A DNA stretch of 64,000 bases from Mobula hypostoma (lineage: Eukaryota). Each line of letters opens with the position of its first letter. Within the stretch, counting starts at the first letter, position 1. Shown here in pieces: positions 21,565 through 33,753 of the stretch. The stretch is taken from positions 1,364,001-1,428,000 of the forward strand of contig NC_086101.1 of assembly GCF_963921235.1 (NCBI RefSeq). The letters are read 5' to 3'. The notes beneath the pieces were generated by a model that was not told the origin of the DNA, did no database searches, and was given only the letters and a program-made list of their open reading frames with translations. A program made the translations under genes and the position numbers.

Positions 21565-24400
21565 AAGGTCATAAGTCACAGGAGCATAATTAGGCCATCT
21601 GGCCCATCATGGCTGATCCTTTTTCCTATCTGCTCCTCAATCCCAGTTCCCTGCCTTCTCCCCGTAACCTTTGATGCCATGTCCAATCAAGAGCCTATCA
21701 ATCTCTGCCTTAAATACACTCAACGAACCTGGCCTCCACAGCTGCCTGCGGCAACAAATTCCACAAATTCACCACCCTTTGGTTAAAGGAATTTTTCAGC
21801 ATCTCTGTTTTGAAAGGGAGGCTCTCTATCCTGAGGCTATGCCCTCTTGTCCTAGACTCCCCCACCATGGGAAATATCCTTTCCACATCCAATCTGTCTA
21901 GGCCTTTCAACATTCAAAAAGGTTTCAGTGAGATCCCCTTCTGAATTCCCTTCAGTGATCTCATCCTTCTGAATTCCAGCGAGTACAGACCCAGAGCCAT
22001 CAAACGTTCCACGTATGATAACCCTTTCATTCCTGGAATCACTTTTGTGAACTTCTTCTGGACTCTCTCCAGTGCCAGCACATCTCTTCTAAGATGAGGG
22101 GCCCAAAACTGTTCACAATACTCAAGGTGATGCCTCACCAGTGCCTTATAAAGCCTCAGCTTCACATCCCTGCTCTTGTATTCTAGACATCTTGAAATGA
22201 ATGCTAATATGGCATTTTCTTTGCTCACCATTGAGGGCCAACCAAAAGCATTCTTTACTTTGTTAATTGTGTTTTTTTAGCGTAAGACTATTCTTCACTC
22301 CAGTAAATATGTGTTCAGCAGGTCTACCATATGAGTGAGCTGCTCATTGATTGGAGTAGCCAGCTGAGCTTGTATTGTAACATCGCTTCCAGCCTTGGTT
22401 GGGGTGGCCTCAAATGTTAGATCAGTGGGATTACAGGCTGGACTGCTGGGAACCATCAACTTACAGGACTTGTCCCTCAGGATCTTGGACCACAATTATG
22501 TTTTTTGAAGTGACTATTTCTTTTTCCTTTTCTTGCTATTTTGAATATGCGTGTATGTTTTGCAACTTGGTCCCAGAGGAATGATGTCTCATTCAGCTGT
22601 ATTCATGTACCCAGGTATGGTTTGAATGACAATTAAACTTGATTTCATTTGATATTTCTGTAATTCCCTTTATTCCACTGTAATACTGATACATCTGACT
22701 TTAGCTTCTCCTTCTCAGATTTCAGGGAGAATTTGATCATATTATGATTACTTGCTCCCAAGTGTTCTTTTACTTTAAGCTCTCTAATAAATTCCGGCTC
22801 ATTGCACAACACTGAACCGAGAATAGCTGATCTCCCCCATGGGCTTAACCACGAGGTGTTCAAAAATGTCATCTCATAGGCATTCTAGAAGTTCTACCTC
22901 CTGGGATCTAGCACCACCCTGATTCTCCCTTTCTCTCTGCATATTGAAATCCACCAGGGCTGCTGGAACACTATCCATTTGACATGAATACTCTTTCTCC
23001 TGTTGTAACTTGTAGACCACATCCTTACTAATGTTTGGAGTTCTGTATATATAAAGGTCTCTATACCCTCGTAGTTCCTTAGCTGCCTGTCCTTTTGATA
23101 CACTTAAGCCCCCAGATGTAATCTTTTCTCAGCTATGATTCAGTTACACCTACAAAATCATACCTGACAATCCTCAACAGTGCTAGAAGTTAATCTACCT
23201 TATTCCGTATAGTGTGTGAATTCTAATATTACACCTTCAGTCCTGTATTCGCCCGTTTTAATTTTGTCCGCCTTTTGTATTGCAACTCATTCTGTTGACT
23301 GCAATTTTGCCTCTCCTTGCTAGGAATCTCACCACACATACCGCACATTGCCTTTGTTTGTAAATCAACTACCTCATCCTCCACACTATAACTCCAGTTC
23401 CCATCCCCCTGCCAGATCAGTTTAAATGTTCCTGAACAATTCTTTCAGGTCTGTCTGCGGGGATTTTGAACCTCTTTGGGATCAGGTGTAACCTGTCCCT
23501 TTTGTAAAGATTGTACCTTCACCTGAGGAGATCCATGATCCACAAATCTGAAGTGCTGCCCCCTGCACCAGTTCTTCAGCCACGTATTACTCTGCCAAAT
23601 CATTCTATTCTTATCCTTACTGGCATGTGGCATGGGCAGCAATCCACAGATTGCTACTAAAGGTACTGTTTTTTAGCTTTCCACCTAGCTTCCAAAATCT
23701 CACTCTTCAGGACCATAAGACTATAAGACAAAGGAGCAGAAGTCGGCCTTTCAGCCCAACAAGTCTGCTCCATCATTTTATCATGAGCTGATCCATTCTC
23801 CCATTTAGTTCCACCCCCCCACCCCGCCTTCTCACCATAACCTTTGATGCCCTGGCTACTCAGCTACCTATCAATCTCTGCCTTAAATACACTCAATGAC
23901 TTGGACTCCACTGCCGCCCGTGGCAACAAATTCCATAGATTCACCACCCTCTGACTAAAAAAATTTCTTCGCATCTCTGTTCTGAAAGGGTGCCCTTCAA
24001 TCCTTAAGTCATGCCCATCGTACTAGACTCCCCCATCATGGGAAACAACTTTGCCACGTCCACTCTGTCCATGCCTTTCAACATTCGAAATGTGTCTATG
24101 AGGTCTCCCCTCATTCTTCTAAACTCCAAGGAATACAGTCCAAGAGCGGACAAATGGTCCTCTCATGTTAACCCTCTCATTGCCGGAATCATTCTAGTGA
24201 ATCTTCTCTGTACCTCACTGTGGTCACTGTAGCTCCTCCCCACAACCCTCCAACAATATCTAAAGTTGTATACTTATTTTTGAGGGAAATGGTCACGTGT
24301 ATACTCTGCATTGGCTGTGCACTTCCCCTCCTTCTCCTGACAGTCATGCAGTTACCTGTCTCCTGCAATCTAGGAGTGACTACCCCTCTGTAGCTCTTGT
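21565..24400 (-). mobile_element. Cluster of degenerate minus-strand CR1 fragments (3' ends at about 21565-22230 and 23715-24213; ORF1/endonuclease at about 22645-23710 and 24215-24400)
   Basis: Minus-strand ORFs LEYCEQFWAP, RTRGHSLRI, LKVKEHLGASNHNMI; includes a short unassigned stretch at about 22230-22640. Confidence 0.75.
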
Positions 24401-24409
24401 AGTTGGATG

Positions 24410-25144
24410 TTGCCGGGTCTTGGTGTTCACCTGGCGGAGAATCTCACCTGGTCCCTCAACACTAGCTCCATAGCAAAGAAAGCCCAGCAGCATCTCTACT
24501 TTCTGCAAAGGCTGAGAAAAGTCCACCTCCCACCCCTCATCCTCACCACATTCTACAGAGGTTGTACTGAGAGCATCCTGAGCAGCTGCATCACTGCCTG
24601 GTTCGGAAATTGCACCATCTCGGATCGCAAGACCCGGCAGCGGATAGTGAGGTCAGCTGAGAAGATCATCGGGGTCTCTCTTCCCGCCATTACAGACATT
24701 TACACCACACGCTACATCCGCAAAGCAAACAGCATTATGAAGGACCCCAGGCACCCCTTATATAAACTCTTCTCCCCCCTGCCATCTGGCAAAAGGCACC
24801 GAAGCATTCAGGCTCCCACGACCAGACTATGTAACAGTTTCTTCCCTCAAGCCAGATTCCTCAATACCCAGAGCCTGGACTGACACCAACCTACTGCTCT
24901 CTACTGTGCCTATTGTCTTGTTTATTATTTATTGTAATGCCTGCACTGTTTTGTGCACTTTATGCAGTCCTGGGTAGGTCTGTAGTCTAGTGTAGTTTTT
25001 GTGTTGTTTTTGTGTAGTTCAGTGTAGTTTTTGTATTGTTTCATGTAGCACCATGGTCCTGAAAAACATTGTCACGTTTTTTACTGTGTACTGTACCAGC
25101 AGTTATGGTCGAAATGACAATAAAAAATGACTTGACTTGACTTG
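24410..25144 (+). mobile_element. Rex/Babar LINE 3' fragment with (GACTT)n tail
   Basis: ORF 24407-24883 LGVHL...KKAQQHLYFLQRL...FYRGCTESILSSCITAWFG; tail GACAATAAA...GACTTGACTTGACTTG. Confidence 0.85.
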
Positions 25145-26360
25145 TAAATTTCATTTGTACTCTTTCAACCTTATTTACATCTTTCCTGTAGGTAAGGAGA
25201 TCAAAAACTGCAAATAATACTCCAAATCAGCCTCAGCAATGTCTTATACAATTTCAACGTAACATCCCACCTCCTGAATTCAATACTTTGATTTATGAAG
25301 ACCAATGTGTCAAAAGCTTTCTCTATGACCCTATCGACCTGTCACACCACTTTCAGCAAATTAAGGACCTGAATCCCCAGATCCCTTGTTCTACCACACA
25401 TCTCAATGCCCTACCATTCACTGTGTAAGACCTAGTCTAGTTGATCCTACCAAAAGTGCAACACCTCATACTTGTTTGCATTAAACTCTATCTGCCATTT
25501 TCAGCCCATTTTTTCCAGCTGGTCCAGACCTCACTGCAAGCCATGATAGCCTTCCTCGCTGTCCACTAAGCCCTCAATCTTTGTGCTATCCACAAATCTG
25601 CTGATCCAGTTTACCATATTCTCATCCAGATTGTTGATATAGATGACAAACAACAACAGACCCAGCTTTGATTCCTGCGGCACACCACGAGTCAAACGAG
25701 CGTCCAGTCACAGAGGTAACCCTCTATGACCACACTCTAGCTTTTCCGACAAAGCCAATGTCTAATCCAGTTTACTACCTCATATTGATTGCTGAGTAGC
25801 TCAGTCTTCTTGGCAACTCAACCGCCCGTGTGGGACCTTTTCAAATGCTTTACTGAAGTCCGTGTCGACAATATCTTTACCTTCATCAACTTTCCTGGTA
25901 ACTTCCTTGAAAGTCTGGTTAGACATGACCAATCTTATAGAACTTAGAAAATCTACAGCACATTATGGGTCCTTTGGCCAACAATGTTGTGCCGACCATG
26001 TAACTACCCTAGAAGCTGCCTAAAATTTCTCTACCACATAGCCCTCCATTTTTCTAAGCTCCATGTACCTATCTAAAAGTCTCTTAAAAGACCCCATTGT
26101 ATCTACTCTACCACCTTCGCTGGCAGTGCATTCCCTGCACCCACCACTCTTTGTTTGAAAAACTTACTTCTGACATCTCCCTACTTCTTTCGATAGCATC
26201 CACATCCTTCCTGTAATGAGGTGACCAGAACTGAACACAGTACTCCAAGTGCAGTCCAGGTAAAGTTTTATATTGCTGTAACGTTACCTCATGGCTCTTG
26301 AACTCAATTCCATGACTGAAGAAGGCCAACACACCATATGCCTTCTTAACAATATTATCA
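25145..26360 (-). mobile_element. Degenerate minus-strand CR1 fragments
   Basis: VKKAYGVLAF...[15 protein letters not shown] in ORF 26108-26422; CR1 3' tail near 25940. Confidence 0.75.
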
Positions 26361-26389
26361 ACATTTAATGTTAACTCCACTAAATTTAC

Positions 26390-26725
26390 CTTGGACATCC
26401 AGATGAATGCTTGAAATCTCATCCCCTTTTGTAAGTGTTTTTCCTTTTGGATTTAAAATTACTTCATAAATTCCACTGTCTTTCAATCGCAAATCCCTGA
26501 GAAGCAATGCGCCAGATGTCATGTTAAGCTCTGCTCGGTGTCTATAAAATGGATTTATCGTGAACTTATGGTGCGAATATTCGATGATTGCTTTCTTTGT
26601 TTTGTAGTTGAGGAAGCTCCACTGAATTGATTCTAGATTTTTAGGTTTAAATCCAGGTAATACGACATTGGAACCCACGGGACGGACAAGCCGCATCATA
26701 TGATCCACTTCATTGATACGTACAT
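26390..26725 (-). CDS. Ig V-set exon (CD2/SLAM/CEACAM-like, cysteine-less) of the minus-strand host gene
   Basis: Acceptor TGTCTTTCAG (AG at 26727-26726), donor CAAG|GTAAAT (GT at 26389-26388), 336 bp, phase 1-1, open. Motifs VGSNVVLP, IQW, R-AELNMTSGALLLRDLRLKDSGIY, IHLDV. Confidence 0.88.
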
Positions 26726-27079
26726 CTGAAAGACAATTGATTAAGAGGAATAAAATATACCATCACCTGTTTATTCTATTCAATTTAGTGCAAGCAGTTT
26801 GAAAAACTGGCAAGTAAACATTTGCATCAAACCACACGGATAATTTCCAATCTGTGCCATTTCAGAGTCAAATGAAAGAAATAATCATTATCCTTGTCAG
26901 CAGTCCTTACAAAGTATTGTTCATCAATGGGGGTGTTGATAATACAAGATATCAATGGACAGATTAGCTCTTTCTTCCATCATCTGTTCATACAGCCTTT
27001 AATCTATACTACTGCTATTAATTTCCAATCAACTGCAGAAGGTGCGGTAGGAAGGAAAAATATCTTGTAAACCCTGACC

Positions 27080-29841
27080 TATCAGGGATATTCAATATTC
27101 AGGAGGGATAGACATGAAGGAAGGGGAGGTGGGGTGGCGTTGCTGGTTAAAGAAGAGATTAACGCAATAGAAAGGAAGGACATAAGCCGGGAAGATGTGG
27201 AATCGATATGGGTAGAGCTACATAACACTAAGGGGCAGAAGACGCTGGTGGGAGTTGTGTACAGGCCACCTAACAGTAGTAGTGAGGTCGGAGATGGTAT
27301 TAAACAGGAAATTAGAAATGTGTGCAATAAAGGAAAAGCAGTTATAATGGGTGACTTCAATCTACATGTAGATTGGGTGAACCAAATTGGTAAAGGTGCT
27401 GAGGAAGAGGATTTCTTGGAATGTATGCGGGATGGTTTTTTGAACCAACATGTCGAGGAACCAACTAGAGAGCAGGCTATTCTGGACTGGGTTTTGAGCA
27501 ATGAGGAAGGGTTAATTAGCAATCTTGTCGTGAGAGGCCCCTTGGGTAAGAGTGACCATAATATGGTGGAATTCTTCATTAAGATGGAGAGAGACACAGT
27601 TAATTCAGAAACAAAGGTTCTGAACTTAAAGAGGGGTAACTTTGAAGGTATGAGACGTGAATTAGCTAAGATAGACTGGCAAATGACACTTAAATGATTG
27701 ACGGTGGATATGCAATGGCAAGCATTTAAAGGTTGCATGGATGAACTACAACAATTGTTCATCCCAGTTTGGCAAAAGAATAAATCAAGGAAGGTAGTGC
27801 ACCCGTGGCTGACAAGAGAAATTAGCGTTAGTATCAATTTCAAAGAAGAAGCATACAAATTAGCCAGAGAAAGTGGCTCACCTGAAGACTGGGAGAAATT
27901 CAGAGTTCAGCAGAGGAGGACAAAGGGCTTAATTAGGAAGGGGAAAAAAGATTATGAGAGAAAACTGGCAGGGAACATAAAAACTGACTGTAAAAGCTTT
28001 TATAGATATGTAAAAAGGAAAAGACTGGTAAAGACAAATGTAGGTCCCCTACAGACAGAAACAGGTGAATTGATTATGGGGAGCAAGGACATGGCAGACC
28101 AATTGAATAATTACTTTGGTTCTGTCTTCACTAAGGAGGACATAAATAATCTTCCAGAAATAGTAGGGGACAGAGGGTCTGGTGAGATGGAGGAACTGAG
28201 CGAAATACATGTTAGTAGGGAAGTGGTGTTAGGTAAATTGAAGGGATTGAAGGCAGATAAATCCCCAGGGCCAGATGGTCTGCATCCTAGAGTGCTTAAG
28301 GAAGTAGCCCAAGAAATATCGGATGCATTAGTGATAATTTTTCAAAACTCTTTAGATTCTGGACTAGTTCCTGAGGATTGGAGGGTGGCTAATGTAACCC
28401 CACTTTTTAAAAAAGGAGGGAGAGAGAAACCGGGGAATTATAGACCGGTTAGCCTAACGTCGGTGGTGGGGAAACTGCTGGAGTCAGTTATCAAAGATGT
28501 GATAACAGCACATCTGGAAAGCGGTGAAATCATCGGACAAAGTCAGCATGGATTTGTGAAAGGAAAATCATGTCTGACGAATCTCATAGAATTTTTTGAG
28601 CATGTAACTAGTAGAGTGGATAGGGGAGAACCAGTGGATGTGGTATATTTGGATTCTCAAAAGGCTTTTGACAAGGTCCCACACAGGAGATTAGTGTGCA
28701 AACTTAAAGCACACGGTATTGGGGGTAAGGTATTGAAGTGGATGGAGAATTGGCTAGCAGACAGGAAGCAAAGAGTGGGAATAAACAGAACCTTTTCAGA
28801 ATGGCAGGCGGTGACTAGTGGGGTACTGCAAGGCTCAGTGCTGGAACACCAGTTGTTTACAATATATATTAATGACTTGGATGAGGGAATTAAATGCAGC
28901 ATCTCCAAGTTTGCGGATGACACGAAACTGGGTGGCAGTGTTAGCTGTGAGGAGGATGCTAAGAGGATGCAGAGTGACTTGGATAGGTTGGGTGAGTGGG
29001 AAAATTCATGGCAGATGCAATTTAATGTGGATAAATGTGAAGTTATCCACTTTGGTGGCAAAAATAGGAAAACAGATTATCTGAATGGTGGCCGATTAGG
29101 AAAAGGGGAGGTGCAACGAGACCTGGGTGTCATTATACACCAGTCATTGAAAGTGGGCATGCAGGTACAGCAGGCGGTGAAAAAGGCGAATGGTATGCTG
29201 GCATTTATAGCGAGAGGATTCGAGTACAGGAGCAGGGAGGTACTACTGCAGTTGTACAAGGCCTTGGTGAGACCACACCTGGAGTATTGTGTGCAGTTTT
29301 GGTCCCCTAATCTGAGGAAAGACATCCTTGCCATAGAGGGAGTACAAAGAAGGTTCACCAGATTAATTCCTGGGATGGCAGGACTTTCATATGAAGAAAG
29401 ACTGGATGAACTGGGCTTGTACTCGTTAGAATTTAGAAGATTGAGGGGGGATCTGATTGAAATGTATAAAATCCTAAAGGGATTGGACAGGCTAGATGCA
29501 GAAAGATTGTTCCCGATGTTGGGGAAGTCCAGAACAAGGGGTCACAGTTTGAGGATGAAGGGGAAGCCTTTTAGGACCGAGATTAGGAAAAACTTCATAC
29601 AGAGAGTGGTGAATCTGTGGAATTCTCTGCCACAGGAAACAGTTGAGGCCAGTTCATTGGCTATATTTAAGAGGGAGTTAGATATGGCCCTTGTGGCTAC
29701 GGGGATCAGGGGGTATGGAGGGAAGGCTGGGGCGGGGTTCTGAGTTGGATGATCAGCCATGATCATAATAAATGGCGGTGCAGGCTCGAAGGGCCGAATG
29801 GCCTACTCCTGCACCTATTTTCTATGTTTCTATATGTTTCT
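27080..29841 (+). mobile_element. Young 5'-truncated CR1 LINE, ORF2 almost intact
   Basis: ORFs 27134-27697 and 27698-29743 share one frame, separated by a single TGA; endonuclease (GDFN, SDH) and RT (KFADDTKL) motifs; (TTCTATGT)-type tail. Confidence 0.93.
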
Positions 29842-30784
29842 AACTACTTTCCTTTCCTTTCATCAACTTGGCCTATAGTCTTCAGTGTCTTGAAATTCAA
29901 CGCTTCTCCAAATACTTAATGTGTAAATGAGCCTGTCTTCACCAATCTTCAGGCAGTGTGTTCTAGAATATAAACACCCTCTGGCTGAAGAAAACTCTAC
30001 ATCCAGATGCCCTCTAATTGCTACTCATTACCTTAAACCTATATCCTCTAATTTTATACAATTCCACAATAGGGCCATTTTTTACTACATCAATTATCTT
30101 TGCCACTCATAATTCTGTATATCTTAACCAAATTTGCCTTCCAACTTCCTCTGCTCCAAGTAAAATATGCCAAGTCTATCAATTTGCTTAGCCAGAGGGT
30201 GGTGAATTTGTAGCTGTGAAGGCCAAGACTTTGGTTATAGTTAAAGTGGAGGTTGATAGGCTCTTAAATAGTCAGAGCATCAAGGTTATGGGGAAAAGGC
30301 AAGAGAATGGAGTTGAGAAGCATAACAAACCAGCTTCTCAGAGCAGAGCAGACTTGATGGTCTGAATGGTGAAATTCTGCTCCTATGTTTTATCGTCATA
30401 GCTGAAACACTCCAACCTAGGAAACATCCGGATGAATCCACAGACAACCTGCTGAAAGAAGTCAATGGTCAAACAGTGTCTATAGAAGGAAAGGAAGTTT
30501 CAATGTTTCAGGCCAAAACTTTGCATCAGTCCTGAAAAGTTTGCAATTTCTTTCCCTCCATAGACACTACTAGACCAGCTGAGCTCATCCAGAAGATTGT
30601 TCACTGCTTCAGATTCCAACATATGAAGTGTCCTCTGTCTCCATCCTGGTGGATCCTCTCAACACTCTTTCCAGTCCTTCCAATACTGGAAAATTCTACT
30701 TCATAGCACTGGGCTGTAGGCTACCGTGGAATATTAGATACTATTCTAACTTACATTCAGCCTCATCGTGGCAATGGGGAAACA

Positions 30785-31141
30785 CAGAAACATAGAAATC
30801 TACAGCATATTACAGGCCCTTCAGCCCACAAAGTTTAGTCAACCATGTAACCTACTCTAGAAACTGCCTAGAATTTCCCTAGTGCATAGCCTTCTATTAT
30901 TTTAAGCTCCATGTATCTATCTAAGAGTCTCTTAAAAGACCCTATTGTGTCCTCCTCTACCACCATCAGTGGCAAAGCATTCCACGCACTCACCACTCTC
31001 TGTGTGAAAAACTTACCTCTGACATCCCTCTTGTACCTACTCCCAAGCACCTTAAAACTGTGCCCCCTCGTGTTAGCCATTTCAGCCCTGGGAAAAAGCC
31101 TCTGGCTATCCACACGATCACTGCCTCTCATCATCTCTTAC
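30785..31141 (-). mobile_element. CR1 3' fragment
   Basis: ORF 30868-31134 RLFPRAEMANTRGH...FFTQRVVSAWNALP. Confidence 0.8.
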
Positions 31142-31673
31142 ACTGGCAGAGGCCAGATAAGTTGTGTAGGAATGAGAAGGGGAGATTGCCCCACCACACC
31201 ACTCCAATGTGTGGAGTGGTGTGGTGGGGCAGTAAGAAATGCAGAAAACGTAGGAGATTTGTGTGAACGCTCCAAGAACTTTGTGGGAGGGGAAGCTGCC
31301 TTCTCTAAAGAAGGAATGGATTTCATAAATCAGAATCAAATCGGGTTTAATATCACTGGTATAAGTAATGAAATATGTTGTTTTGTGGCAGTGGTACATT
31401 GCAATATGTAATAATAAAAAACTCAGAATCAGAATCAGGTTTATTATCACCGGCATGTGACGTGAAATTTGTTAACTTAGCAGCAGCAGTTCAATGCTAT
31501 ACATAATCTAGCAGAGAAAAAAATAATAAAACAAACAAGTAAATCAATTACGTATATTGAAGAAATTTTTAAAAACCTGCAAAACAGACATTCTGTGTAT
31601 TAAAAGAAGTGAGGTAGTGTCCAAAGATTCAAAGTCCATTTAGGGATCGGATGGCAGAGAAGAAACTCTTCCT

Positions 31674-33029
31674 TGTTACGATTTTGTAACGTACCAGCAG
31701 CAAGACCTGACAAATTGAGTTGGGTTTTAATATTAAAACCACCATATTTACTTACATCTACTCAAAAATATAGAAAATTAAATAAACTGCTTTCTTAAAC
31801 AGAAGTTAACAGTGTTAAGCGTCTATAGCTCCCTTACAGTCAAATTTAGAACCTGTTCTTAACAAATCTTACTCACGCAGTCTTAAAGTGGCAGTTCAGA
31901 GAGTCCCAGTAATTCACGAAATAGGTGAGAGGAGAGACTTGTGGATTCACAGTGCAGTGACGAGGCGATCACGACAAATTCCAAAGATCCCTCGGCTAGC
32001 AAACGAAGAAACGGTTACCAAAGATCCCAGCCAAGGAATACTGTTCCGAAGTCCACGCAGAGCGATTTCACAAAGTGACTGTCAAACAAACTCTTTGGGA
32101 GGGAGGAGAAGATGGTGGCGCGACGCAGCGCGCGCAGCCGTTCCAAATGATATCGATATGTGTTAACTAGGGTGCCGTGCACAATCTGGATTTGATGGAG
32201 ACAGCCATGAGAAGCCCAGAGAAACATCTGAAATGCCTGCTTCGTTTCCGTTGCTACTGTGCGATCGAGAATCTCCGGAGACGAAGGCCCCAAATCCTTG
32301 GCTTTGCCTATTTCCTGTTGCCGGGGTTGGGGTTGAAGCGCTCGGCAGAGATGGTGCTCGGTGCTCGGTGTCAGGAGGTGGTCGGAGGCTCGGAGTTTTT
32401 GGGGCGGACTTGGAGTCGGACTGTGGTCGGATGCTTCTGGGATGCTGCATCGGCAAGTTGGCGGCGCTGGAGGTTTACCGTCTGCGTGAGATGATGGGAC
32501 TTTCGAGAGACTTTGAGACTTTTACTGTGCCATGGTCTGTTCTTATCAAATTACGGTATTGCTTTGCACTGTTGTAACTAAATGTTATAATTATGTGGTT
32601 TTTGTTAGTTTTTAAGTCGGTCTGTTATGTGTTTTCGTGATATCATTCTGGAAAAACATTTTATCATTTCTTAATGCATGTATTATTAAATGACAATAAA
32701 AGGGGACTACATGTCCTCATAATCATAATCGTAATCACGAAATCCACACCCATGGATCATACGAAGGACAGACACGTCTCTCCAATGCACAGTGTGCCGC
32801 TGATTAACCCAATCCTTTGGGGATGGGTAAGCATTAGACCTTATCCTTCTCGATCGTGAGCTGTTCCCGGATAGTTCAAAGTCTGCAATCTTCACTCTCT
32901 CTCTTTCCTTCAACTCCCTCTCAGCACTATGCCCACATTTCTTTTATACCATCAGTATATGTCATAAGGTTACACTCACAGAAACAAAACTATGGACTCC
33001 CAGGAAAACGAAACTGTGGACACGTAACA
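31674..33029 (-). repeat. Gypsy LTR (about 700 bp plus an inserted retroposon), probable 3' LTR of the element at 33754-36752
   Basis: TGTTACG...CGTAACA termini; homologous to 54718-55426. Confidence 0.85.
32084..32736 (+). mobile_element. Non-autonomous retroposon, copy 2, inserted in the LTR
   Basis: Absent from the sister LTR (empty site GACTGT-AACGAAATCC near 55125-55140); homologous to 20780-21483; (ATAATC)n tail. Confidence 0.8.
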
Positions 33030-33753
33030 CTAGAGGGGTTGAATTCAAGATTAGGGAGGTCATGCTGCAACTATACAGGGTACTGGTGAGGCCACACCTG
33101 GAGTACTGTGTGCAGTTCTGGTCTCCATACTTGAGGAAGGATATACTGGCTTTGGAATCAGTGCAGAGGAGGTTCACCAGGTTGATTTCAGGGATGAAGG
33201 GGTTAACCTATGAGGAGAGATTGAGTGGCTGGGTGTATACTCTCTGGAGTTCAGAAGAATGAGAGGGGATCATACAGAAACATACAAAACTTTGAAAGGG
33301 ATCGTTAAGATAGAAGTAGGAAAGTTGTTTCCATTGGTAGGTGAGACTAGAACTAGGGGACATTGCCTCAAGATTCAGGGGAGTAGATTTAGGATGGAGA
33401 TGAGGAGAAACTGTTTTTTCCAGAGAGTGGTGAATCTGTGGAATTCTCTGCCCAGGGAAGCAGTTGAGGCTTCTTCACTAAATATATTTAAGAAACAGTT
33501 AGCTAAGTTTTTATATAGTAAGGGAATTACGGGTTATAGGGAAAAGGCAGGTAGATGGAGATGAGTTTACAGACAGATCAGCCATGATCTTATTGAATGG
33601 TGAGGCAGGCTTGATGGGCCAGATGGCCTACTCCTGCTCCTATTTCTTATGTTCTTATGCATTGGTCATGATCTGTCAAGAATGACTTGATTCTGACAAA
33701 TGTCACTCCACTCTTTAAGAAGGGAGGAAAGCAAAACAAAGGAAATTATCAGC
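33030..33753 (+). repeat. CR1-derived segment duplicated with 55427-56148
   Basis: Same LTR junction (CTAGAGGG) and same internal junction of a CR1 tail to GCATTGGTCATGATCTGTCAAGAATGAC in both copies. Confidence 0.85.

Noticed and set aside
22295..22495. Minus-strand 66-aa ORF in an unassigned stretch
   Set aside because: No recognisable homology or clear splice signals; cannot be supported as an exon.
27082..29766. Long antisense ORFs over CR1 copies (for example 27082-27858)
   Set aside because: Shadow frames of CR1 ORF2, recurring over many CR1 copies.
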